A stretch of 28,731 nucleotides of DNA, from IMG/VR virus record IMGVR_UViG_3300023283_000088, positions 1-28,731 of that record. One strand, given 5' to 3'. Every line of letters starts with the position of its first letter. Position 1 is the first letter of the stretch. This document shows, piece after piece, positions 18,539 through 25,038 of this stretch. A program made the translations under genes and the position numbers. Below the pieces are notes generated by a model. That model was not told the DNA's origin, did no database searches, and saw nothing but the letters and a program-made list of their open reading frames with translations. Source of the stretch: a virus (lineage: Duplodnaviria > Caudoviricetes).

Positions 18539-19087
18539 ATGACACATCGTAGCATCACCATCGCGGAGCTGGAAGCCCTGGCCAACGAGATCGTCGACGA
18601 GGTCGAGGTCAGAAAGAATCACCTGGCCACGATGATCAGGCACTACGCCCGGATCCTCGCCGTCCGGGAGCCTGAGCGGTTCCAGCGGCGAGCCGTCGAG
18701 CACTCCGACGAGGATGGACACTGGGACAACTCGTTCCCGCCGGATATTAAATTCAAGGACCGTAGCGGCCCGATCTCCATGATCATTTTTTCCGCGGAAT
18801 ATGATGAGATCGCGACCAGCGAGGGATTCTGTCACGACTGGCGCGCTGCCACTTCCGATCCGGGCCTGTACGTGACGCCGCGCGGAGAACTGCTCGGCGC
18901 TCATCACGACGGCGGCGGCTCGTTTGGCCAATTCGCCGCGTATCCGGGAGAATGCAATGTCATGGTGGAAATCGAGTACGGCCCCATCGACATGGATGAA
19001 CTTTCGGTCGAAACCCTCGAGCAGGCCGAAGAGCAGCTGCGAGAACTGGCGTTCCCGCTGATCGCGGAGCGGATGAGAAAGGCCTGA
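18539..19087 (+). CDS. hypothetical accessory (moron) protein, acidic, 182 aa
   Basis: AAGGAG RBS, ATG 18539, globular-looking sequence, own promoter upstream and hairpins downstream. Confidence 0.8.
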   Translation: MTHRSITIAELEALANEIVDEVEVRKNHLATMIRHYARILAVREPERFQRRAVEHSDEDGHWDNSFPPDIKFKDRSGPISMIIFSAEYDEIATSEGFCHDWRAATSDPGLYVTPRGELLGAHHDGGGSFGQFAAYPGECNVMVEIEYGPIDMDELSVETLEQAEEQLRELAFPLIAERMRKA

Positions 19088-19097
19088 TTCAATGGAG

Positions 19098-19173
19098 CCC
19101 CGCCCGGCAATGATGCCGGGCGGGGAAAAGGGCTGGGATGGCAATGCAACACAATGGCATTGTCCTAGCTTTA
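19098..19173 (+). terminator. tandem hairpins after the moron gene
   Basis: Perfect 12-bp stem ccccgcccggca/tgccgggcgggg (19098-19125), then an imperfect stem gggctggga..caatgc/gcattg.tcctagcttt. Confidence 0.5.
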
Positions 19174-19214
19174 ATGGGGCCCAGCTGATTTCACTATTAT
19201 CGATGGAGCCGAAA

Positions 19215-19550
19215 ATGTCAACATGGAAATGGTACATGAGCGCCGCCGCGATGCGGCAATTCATGTCGATCGCCGGATACACCGACGACGACGGCGGGCC
19301 GCAGTGGGGCGCCGCCGAACAGGAGCTCGGCGCGATTTGCGAATCCGCTCGCCTCACCGAGCAGACCAGCCGCAGCGGCGCCACGATCTGGCGGACCGGG
19401 CGCGTGCACGTCGGTCCGAGCCGCCGCAAGGTCCGACTGGAACTCACGGTGTCAAATGCTGATCGCCATGAGGGCGACCTGCCGCAGCTCATTCGCGTCC
19501 GGGATCGCGGTGTGCCGTCACGGCCGCGCCATCGCGGGGGGAGGCCCTGA
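19215..19550 (+). CDS. hypothetical protein, possible RelE-like toxin
   Basis: GGAG RBS, 111 aa, basic; WYMSAAAMRQF...IWRTG...RLELTV...LIRVR pattern; stop overlaps the start of an HTH gene. Confidence 0.55.
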   Translation: MSTWKWYMSAAAMRQFMSIAGYTDDDGGPQWGAAEQELGAICESARLTEQTSRSGATIWRTGRVHVGPSRRKVRLELTVSNADRHEGDLPQLIRVRDRGVPSRPRHRGGRP

Positions 19551-19816
19551 TGGCGATCAGCCCAACAAACTACGCTCGGATGATCCGTCGCGCGATGCAT
19601 CGCGTCGATGCCACGCAGGAGTCGATGGCCGTGGCCATCGGATCGACCCAGCCGCACATCTCTCACTGCCTCAGCAGCCCACACGAGATGACGGCCGAAA
19701 TGCGCCAACGCCTGCTCGTCGGCCTGCTGGTGCACGACCGCCTCGGCCGGCGACCCCGGAACCAGGCTGAGGCCAAGAAATGCATTGCGGGCATGGTGTG
19801 GGATCTCAGCGCGTGA
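19550..19816 (+). CDS. XRE-like HTH protein (possible antitoxin)
   Basis: MIRRAMHRVDATQESMAVAIGSTQPHISHCLS fits the XRE HTH pattern; GGAGG RBS; TGATG coupling. Confidence 0.65.
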   Translation: MAISPTNYARMIRRAMHRVDATQESMAVAIGSTQPHISHCLSSPHEMTAEMRQRLLVGLLVHDRLGRRPRNQAEAKKCIAGMVWDLSA

Positions 19817-19908
19817 CTCACACCCGGCGGCGCAGATCGCGAGGATCGCCATCAGGATCGGCGTGACGATCAGGTCGACGAGCATGATGCGGTCGATGGT
19901 GTCGCGCT

Positions 19909-20178
19909 TCATGCGAGCCTCCCGTCACGTCTCAGGCGTTTGCAGATGTAGTGGCGCAGGTCGCCGACGGCGGGCAGGCGGCAGGCGTCGTGGTCGGGAA
20001 TCACCAGGTCGAACGCATCCTCGATGTCCATGACGAACTCGGCGCTGTCGAGGCTGTCGAAGCCGAGGTCGTCATGGAACCGATGCGCATCGGTGATCGC
20101 GTCGAGCCGGCCATCGGGGCCGTACTGCGCGACGATCTCATGCAGGCGGGTTTCGACCTGGTGTTCGGTCATACGCAT
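19909..20178 (-). CDS. acpP: phage-encoded acyl carrier protein
   Basis: RFHDDLGFDSLDSAEFVMDIEDAFDLVIPDHDA..L..VGDLRHYI matches the ACP signature including the phosphopantetheine Ser; GGAGG RBS (alternative start 20172). Confidence 0.88.
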   Translation of the reverse strand: MRMTEHQVETRLHEIVAQYGPDGRLDAITDAHRFHDDLGFDSLDSAEFVMDIEDAFDLVIPDHDACRLPAVGDLRHYICKRLRRDGRLA

Positions 20179-20528
20179 GCGTCGGCCTCCCGGCTGAGTC
20201 GGCGGGTGCGTGCGTGCAGGATCGCCAGGGCGCTGCGCAGGTGCTCCAGCGCGGCCTCGTTTTCGCAACAGGGGTTCGGCCCGGCACTAAAACTCTGCAG
20301 CCGGTCGATCAGAATTGCGAGCAGGGCTTCGTTGGTGATCCCGTTGGCGCCGGCCGCGAGCGGGCCGGACTGGAATAACAGCCCATACAGGTCGGTCCTG
20401 CCGTCGCGTTTATCAATCGAAATGGTGTACCGATGATGCGCCCCGCCGGGACCGGGCTTGCCGATCGCGGCAATGCGCACGTCTTCCTGGCACGGTCCTG
20501 TGATGTGTGTCTTGATCGGGCGGGCCAT
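20169..20528 (-). CDS. tad1: Tad1-like immune-signal sponge (anti-Thoeris/anti-CBASS family)
   Basis: GPGGAHHRY, FQSGP, NGITNEALLAILIDRLQSFSAGP..CCENEAALEHL parallel the Tad1 motifs GPGGAxHxY, FQxGP, LLxIxxDRLxxFQxGPFxxRENxxALxH; AGGAG RBS. Confidence 0.8.
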   Translation of the reverse strand: MARPIKTHITGPCQEDVRIAAIGKPGPGGAHHRYTISIDKRDGRTDLYGLLFQSGPLAAGANGITNEALLAILIDRLQSFSAGPNPCCENEAALEHLRSALAILHARTRRLSREADACV

Positions 20529-20568
20529 CCGTGGCGACTCCTGATGTCACGGCGGCCTGTGCCAATGC

Positions 20569-20617
20569 AAAAGGCCACCGGGGGTTTCACCTTGGCGGTG
20601 AAACTCCCGGCGGCCTT
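20569..20617 (-). terminator. long hairpin terminator/attenuator upstream of the tad1-acp genes
   Basis: Minus strand aaggccgccgggagtttcacc-gccaa-ggtgaaacccccggtggcctt-tt: 21-bp near-perfect stem ending in U4. Confidence 0.7.
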
Positions 20618-20700
20618 GGGGGGTTGATCAAATTGTGAGCAAGCAGAGCCTTGAACCGGTCGAGCCGGCCGCGTGTAAACGAACCCAAACGCCCACGCGT
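20569..20700 (-). ncRNA. candidate ~130-nt regulatory small RNA / leader RNA
   Basis: Bounded by a TTGACA promoter and a hairpin-U terminator; several stems; three segments complementary to early-operon mRNA. Confidence 0.45.
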
Positions 20701-20704
20701 ATCG

Positions 20705-20735
20705 ATTATTTACCTCGGCACGGCCCCGGTGTCAA
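20705..20735 (-). promoter_or_regulatory. sigma70-type leftward promoter
   Basis: TTGACA (20735-20730), 17 nt, TAAATAAT; shares TTGACACCGG with the promoter at 21641-21632. Confidence 0.65.
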
Positions 20736-20744
20736 CATCAGTTT

Positions 20745-21350
20745 TTATTCAGGGGGCTCCAGCCCAGGGCAACGATTACTGCACCAGTTTTCAAACATAT
20801 CTGGGCTTTTGTAGTAGATCTTGTATGCCAAAGCAGTTTCAGCCCAACGTTCGACGATGTTCCTAAATTCTTCTGGCATCGGTCGCTCGTGCCCACCGAG
20901 CCCTGCATCATCTACGATTTTGAACCACGCCTTTTCCCATCTTCTGGATTTTGGGCCTACATTTTTCAACCTTGAGCATGCTATCTCAGCGGCCCCGACG
21001 ATCCCACCTGCGATTGAGTCCGTCGTTCGGCTGAACTTTGACCACAAATAGCTGCGTACCCTTTCATAATGTTGAGACGGTTGCCCGGGCGCAATTCTCT
21101 CCTCCGTGACCTGCCATGTCTCTCGTACATAGTCGAGTTTTGACGCATCATTTAGGCATGCTTGAGCGGAGGCCATTGCAAGTATGATGTGTCGGTCCGG
21201 ATTGGTCGGCTCTAACTTTGTCAAGCTGTTGGAGCAACTAGAAAAGACCTCTGGGTGCCAACGGCCGTACTCGGTAAGAAGATGCGGGATTACATCTTCT
21301 GGCCGCAATGTGATCGGGTCTCTTCGTTCAACCATCATATCTGCTTTCAA
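20745..21350 (-). CDS. hypothetical protein, lower GC, downstream of the putative repressor
   Basis: 201-aa ORF with visibly AT-richer sequence than its flanks; AGGA RBS; start uncertain (TTG 21350 or a nearby ATG). Confidence 0.7.
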   Translation of the reverse strand: MKADMMVERRDPITLRPEDVIPHLLTEYGRWHPEVFSSCSNSLTKLEPTNPDRHIILAMASAQACLNDASKLDYVRETWQVTEERIAPGQPSQHYERVRSYLWSKFSRTTDSIAGGIVGAAEIACSRLKNVGPKSRRWEKAWFKIVDDAGLGGHERPMPEEFRNIVERWAETALAYKIYYKSPDMFENWCSNRCPGLEPPE

Positions 21351-21370
21351 AACCGATCCTTGCTATCACA

Positions 21371-21607
21371 TCACGCTCGTCGTTTACGTGCTGAATGAGA
21401 AGCTGATGAGCCAGATTGGATAGCTTTATCGCTCTCCTGCCATTCATAAAACCGCAGGAGCACCGCTTCTTTTGCGTCATTGTCCAACTCCAAGAAGTGG
21501 AGCATGGCTGCAGACACCGTTCGCCCTTGTGCCATGCCCCGTCGCTTACAGAATTCCTCAAAAGCAACGGCTACAACCTCATCAATACCAAGATTTTTTT
21601 GTGCCAT
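21371..21607 (-). CDS. ribbon-helix-helix DNA-binding protein (putative repressor)
   Basis: KNLGIDEVVAVAFEEFCKRRGMAQGRTVSAAMLHFLE has the strand-helix-G-helix pattern of CopG/Arc proteins; occupies the repressor position. Confidence 0.65.
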   Translation of the reverse strand: MAQKNLGIDEVVAVAFEEFCKRRGMAQGRTVSAAMLHFLELDNDAKEAVLLRFYEWQESDKAIQSGSSASHSARKRRA

Positions 21608-21713
21608 AAATAGATTCTGCCAAACACCTTACCGGTGTCAATCGTAGGTGTTGCTACAAAATAGTTACAGAATGGCATTGACGAGCGACGATCTATGTTT
21701 TATAGGTACTGCT
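21608..21713. promoter_or_regulatory. divergent promoter pair (putative lysis/lysogeny switch)
   Basis: Left: TTGACA (21641-21636), 16 nt, CAGAAT with upstream TG, 6 nt before ATG 21607. Right: TTGACG (21678-21683), 17 nt, TATAGG (21701-21706), 7 nt before ATG 21714. Confidence 0.7.
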
Positions 21714-21917
21714 ATGTCAATCAACATCACTGACTCCGACCTTGAGCGCCGCCTGGAAGAACTAGGCAAACGCCAACGCATTCCGGTGAGGAAGTCTGCG
21801 ATGGCCCGCGCGATCCTTCGGGCGGCGGTCGGTGATGATCGAGGTAAGCCCGTGAATAAGTGGGGGCCACGCGCTCGCGACTTCGCGCACGGCAACAACG
21901 AACCCAACGCCGCATGA
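21714..21917 (+). CDS. ribbon-helix-helix protein (Cro/Ner-equivalent position)
   Basis: MSINITDSDLERRLEELGKRQRIPVRKSAMARAILRAAV fits the RHH pattern; first gene of the early arm. Confidence 0.65.
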   Translation: MSINITDSDLERRLEELGKRQRIPVRKSAMARAILRAAVGDDRGKPVNKWGPRARDFAHGNNEPNAA

Positions 21918-21931
21918 CGCGGCGAAGCAGA

Positions 21932-21964
21932 GCCGCCGGACGGTGAAACGCCCGGCGGCCTTTT
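21932..21964 (+). terminator. intrinsic terminator after the first early gene
   Basis: gccgccggacg-gtgaaa-cgcccggcggc then CTTTT. Confidence 0.7.
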
Positions 21965-22034
21965 GAGCCCGGAGGGTCCGGGCATTTTCAGGACAGGCAT
22001 CTATATAGATGCCGCTCAACAGAAGGATCTGCTC

Positions 22035-22397
22035 ATGAACAGTTCGAATCCTCAGTACGAAGTCGTGAAGGCCGACGACTTGGATGTGCTCGATACTCCT
22101 CCTTGCTTCAGGACCGGGCGTTTTTCTTGGGTACGCGATGCTTTCGACGAGGTCGGCATCGGCGAAGCGATCATGCTCGATATTCCCGAAGATTGGTTGG
22201 CTAAGGCCAAGGCTGAGCATGGTACCTCCAAGGTATCGAGGAACGGTTTGCACAAGTACGTCAACGCGGCTGCGCAGACGCTGGCGAGCCGTGTAGCGGG
22301 CGCCCTGAAACCCCACGCTAAAAGGCAGGGTGTGAGTCTTTCAGTTCGCCGGACCAAAAACGGCAAGGTTGCCGTGATCAAGCTGCCCGGATCATGA
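22035..22397 (+). CDS. hypothetical early protein (120 aa, basic C-terminus)
   Basis: AAGGA RBS, ATG 22035; natural-looking composition; followed by hairpins at 22413-22478. Confidence 0.7.
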   Translation: MNSSNPQYEVVKADDLDVLDTPPCFRTGRFSWVRDAFDEVGIGEAIMLDIPEDWLAKAKAEHGTSKVSRNGLHKYVNAAAQTLASRVAGALKPHAKRQGVSLSVRRTKNGKVAVIKLPGS

Positions 22398-22520
22398 GCA
22401 GCTTCGGCTGTGCCCTGCCGGTGATGAAAGAGCTCCCCGGCAGGGTTTCACCCGACGCGAGGGCGACCGAGCGTCGGGCCTTACGGAGGCGGACGGATGA
22501 AACGAACCAAGGAGTGTGTC

Positions 22521-22976
22521 ATGAATCAATCTCCAGTATGGCAAGACACCGGGCGCGACTACGAAGACTTGGACTTCAAGTCTCCGGGTCGACGTGACGC
22601 AGCGCAGCCAGGATCGTCTGGACCGGATCATTCGGAGGCGGTTCTGCACGATGGCCCTGCCGCAGGGCGTCGGCGTAAGCTCGCATGGCCGCGTAGCACG
22701 TCACCAGCGGACGCGGATCTTCACTTCCCGCCAGCGCCGCCCACACATCATGCGGCGTGGGCGCAGCGGCCTGTTGAATCGAGCGACTCACGAGCTGTGG
22801 CATCAGCTCTGCGCCGGGGTCTTTGCCGAGCTGATCAAGCATCTGATAGCGATGCCGGATCAGCGTGCGAACCGCCGGCGGCACAAACAGGTCCAGCACA
22901 CGTTCGACTTTTCGAGCATCTTGTTCGCTCATTACGCAGGCTCCTTTCTTGGGTGAGAGGCGTCCTGCGATTTTAA
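22521..22976 (+). CDS. cover ORF of cassette 1 (151 aa, Ala/Pro/Arg/Ser-rich; may be translated)
   Basis: AAGGAG RBS and ATG within the conserved flank; composition is shadow-like. Confidence 0.35.
   Translation: MNQSPVWQDTGRDYEDLDFKSPGRRDAAQPGSSGPDHSEAVLHDGPAAGRRRKLAWPRSTSPADADLHFPPAPPTHHAAWAQRPVESSDSRAVASALRRGLCRADQASDSDAGSACEPPAAQTGPAHVRLFEHLVRSLRRLLSWVRGVLRF
22576..22932 (-). CDS. hypothetical antisense cassette gene 1 (118 aa, helical)
   Basis: AAAGGAG RBS, ATG 22932, extended -10 TGTTAAAAT at 22978-22970; natural-looking sequence MSEQDARKVERVLDLFVPP... Confidence 0.7.
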   Translation of the reverse strand: MSEQDARKVERVLDLFVPPAVRTLIRHRYQMLDQLGKDPGAELMPQLVSRSIQQAAAPTPHDVWAALAGSEDPRPLVTCYAAMRAYADALRQGHRAEPPPNDPVQTILAALRHVDPET

Positions 22977-23067
22977 CAAGACCCGCGGGGCGTGCGATCA
23001 CCGCCCCGCGGACGCAGACCCCCGGAAGGGGTCGGAGGCGGACGGATGAAACGAACCAGGGAGTGCA

Positions 23068-23469
23068 TTATGACGCAGAGGCTTCGAACAGGTCGAGTCC
23101 GATCCTTGCGGCGTTCAGCGCCGAAGGGTTGTCTTCGAGCTGTTGGATCACGTCGTGCACACGCCGGCTGTTCATCGGGTGTTCGAAAAAGAAATTGTGC
23201 AAGGCATCGAATGCTCCACCGACGGCGATTGCCTGGCCGAGCGACGCCTGTTGCAGCACGAACCGCCGCAGTTGATCGTCGTCTTGCAGACTCAGCAGAG
23301 CCCGCCGCGTCGAAGCCCAAGGTAACGATGCGCGACATCCAGGAAGTGGCACGTCGTGCCGCACGATACAGGCGAGCGCTCGCTCGAAATTGCGTGGAAA
23401 AATCAGCCGCTTGCGCTGGTCGGCGAAATGAGCCCACCGATGCAAAAGCGGATCTTGATAGTCCGTCAT
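23068..23469 (-). CDS. hypothetical antisense cassette gene 2 (133 aa, helical)
   Basis: GGAGGT RBS, ATG 23469, extended -10 TGTTACAAT at 23506-23498; MTDYQDPLLHRWAHF... Confidence 0.7.
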   Translation of the reverse strand: MTDYQDPLLHRWAHFADQRKRLIFPRNFERALACIVRHDVPLPGCRASLPWASTRRALLSLQDDDQLRRFVLQQASLGQAIAVGGAFDALHNFFFEHPMNSRRVHDVIQQLEDNPSALNAARIGLDLFEASAS

Positions 23470-23504
23470 CACGTGACCTCCAGAAAGCGGAGTCACGATT
23501 GTAA
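23070..23504 (+). CDS. cover ORF of cassette 2 (144 aa, Arg/Ala-rich; may be translated)
   Basis: AGGGAG RBS and ATG within the conserved flank; composition is shadow-like. Confidence 0.35.
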   Translation: MTQRLRTGRVRSLRRSAPKGCLRAVGSRRAHAGCSSGVRKRNCARHRMLHRRRLPGRATPVAARTAAVDRRLADSAEPAASKPKVTMRDIQEVARRAARYRRALARNCVEKSAACAGRRNEPTDAKADLDSPSSRDLQKAESRL

Positions 23505-23961
23505 CAACCCGCGGGGCGGTGGCCCGCCCCGCGGACGCAGCCCCCCGGAAGCCCCGGAAGGGGTCGGTCGGTCCCGCGGTCTTCCCGACCAGGCCAGCAT
23601 CGCGGCCGGCCGGCCCTTGAGAGTCCCCCCGCCCCCGGAAGAGGCGGGCTGACATAGCGAGACGTTCTGATGCTCCGAACATCAATGACATCCAGCGGCA
23701 TCGCGACACGCGAGTTAATCGCTGTGGCTGACCTCGGTCCGAATCGGAGCCGGGCCGGGGTCGGATATTCCGCGTGGATCGATTGCTCAGACGGCAGTCG
23801 ATTCACTTTGCTCAGGGCGAGCGCGTTGCCCGCCCTGAGACACCTGTCAGTCGGCGACGCGATTACCCATCCCGCGTCGTCGGCTTTGCATTGTTGATGA
23901 GTCGGCGGTCGGCTCGTCATGAAGATCAGGGTAGCACCGCGACGGATCGCGGGGTGACTAA

Positions 23962-24501
23962 ATGCACACGGATGTTCGCCAATCGGGAGACGTGCTTTTG
24001 ATCTGCGACCTGCTGAGACGTTGGAATGACGGTGGCCAGCTACCCGCCGCCCAGTTGGCGCGGATCTGGCACATGGCGCCGCACTCGGTCTATCCGTACT
24101 ACACCGACCGCGAGCCGCGCTGGTCGCAGGTGGCGCAGCTTTACGACGGCGTCGACGCCGACCTCAAGCTCGAACTGATCAAGACGATCACCGCCGGCAG
24201 CGGCGTGGTGTCCTCCTATATAGATGTCGACCTGGACGTCAACGGCGACGGCCGGGTCGATGCGGACGACGCGCTCGCGGCGGCGATCGACAAGGCGGAG
24301 CTCTGGGGCCGGGTCATCAAGCAGATTTACGAGCAGGCCCAGCAGGATGTCGACATGGACATCGAGCGCGCCGCCGCGGGTGTTCGCACCGTGACCGAGG
24401 AGATCATCCAGGGCGCCGTCCTGGTCGAGCGGATTGTCACCTTCGCCATCGAGCAGCGCAAGCGCCGCAAGATTCGCCGGCCGGCGGGGAGGGGGGCGTG
24501 A
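23962..24501 (+). CDS. CII-like phage regulatory protein with N-terminal HTH and a DxNxDG loop
   Basis: LPAAQLARIWHMAPHSVYPY HTH-like segment, helical C-domain, DVNGDGRVDADD; early-operon position. Confidence 0.55.
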   Translation: MHTDVRQSGDVLLICDLLRRWNDGGQLPAAQLARIWHMAPHSVYPYYTDREPRWSQVAQLYDGVDADLKLELIKTITAGSGVVSSYIDVDLDVNGDGRVDADDALAAAIDKAELWGRVIKQIYEQAQQDVDMDIERAAAGVRTVTEEIIQGAVLVERIVTFAIEQRKRRKIRRPAGRGA

Positions 24502-24854
24502 TGAGCGACCGCCTGGGCAAAATGCTCGCCGAGCAGGAGCGGCTCTTGAAAGCGACCCGCGCGATGCTCGACCAGCTCGCACGCAATCAGGAAATGATCG
24601 CGCGGCAGGTCAAGCGGATGCAGGCCGACCTGATCCCGTACATGGCCTCCAAGCGGACGCGCTGCGGCCGCGAGCTTCGCCGGTCGTGGATCAAGCCGAT
24701 CGGCCGGCGGCGCATCGACCGCATGGGCCACGACGACCCGCAGATCGGCGTCTGGCCGACGTGGGGCATTCGCGGCTGGGTCGATCATACCCAGGCACAT
24801 TACTTCAACCTCACCCACGGCAACACCCGCGTGCTGGAGGTGGCCCGTGACTGA
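24498..24854 (+). CDS. hypothetical early protein
   Basis: GTGA overlap; N-terminal coiled coil and a small beta C-domain. Confidence 0.7.
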   Translation: MMSDRLGKMLAEQERLLKATRAMLDQLARNQEMIARQVKRMQADLIPYMASKRTRCGRELRRSWIKPIGRRRIDRMGHDDPQIGVWPTWGIRGWVDHTQAHYFNLTHGNTRVLEVARD

Positions 24855-25038
24855 TCAGATCACCATCAAACCGTGTCCGTTCTGCGGTCGAGAGCCGGAG
24901 GTGCTGGCGGTCGGCCGCCGCGATCACATCGTCGCGTGCGGCAGCGGGCACAAGCAGTGCAGTGTACGGCCGGTGGCCAATCCGGCCGGCGGAAAAGTCG
25001 AAGCCATCAAAGCCTGGAACCGGAGAGCCTCATGTTGA
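24847..25038 (+). CDS. Lar-family (restriction alleviation-like) zinc-ribbon protein
   Basis: IKPCPFCG...VACGSGHKQC...EAIKAWNRRA signature; GGAGG RBS. Confidence 0.8.
   Translation: MTDQITIKPCPFCGREPEVLAVGRRDHIVACGSGHKQCSVRPVANPAGGKVEAIKAWNRRASC

Larger units (their letters stand above)
22484..23567 (+). repeat. two tandem ~540-bp cassettes with conserved flanks and unrelated cores
   Basis: Left flank cggaggcggacggatgaaacgaacca identical at 22484-22509 and 23033-23058; right flank taacaa..cccgcggggcg...cgccccgcggacgcag..ccccggaaggggtcgg at about 22974-23035 and 23502-23567. Confidence 0.9.

Noticed and set aside
22484-23567. Direct repeats considered as a CRISPR array or integron attC sites
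   Set aside because: Only two copies about 550 bp apart, no cas or integron integrase in view, and no attC core sites identified
23670-23920. Short ORFs on both strands (23670-23897 plus; start of 22973-23920 minus) as a third cassette
   Set aside because: The conserved flanks are missing and neither strand has a convincing RBS; the coding strand could not be decided
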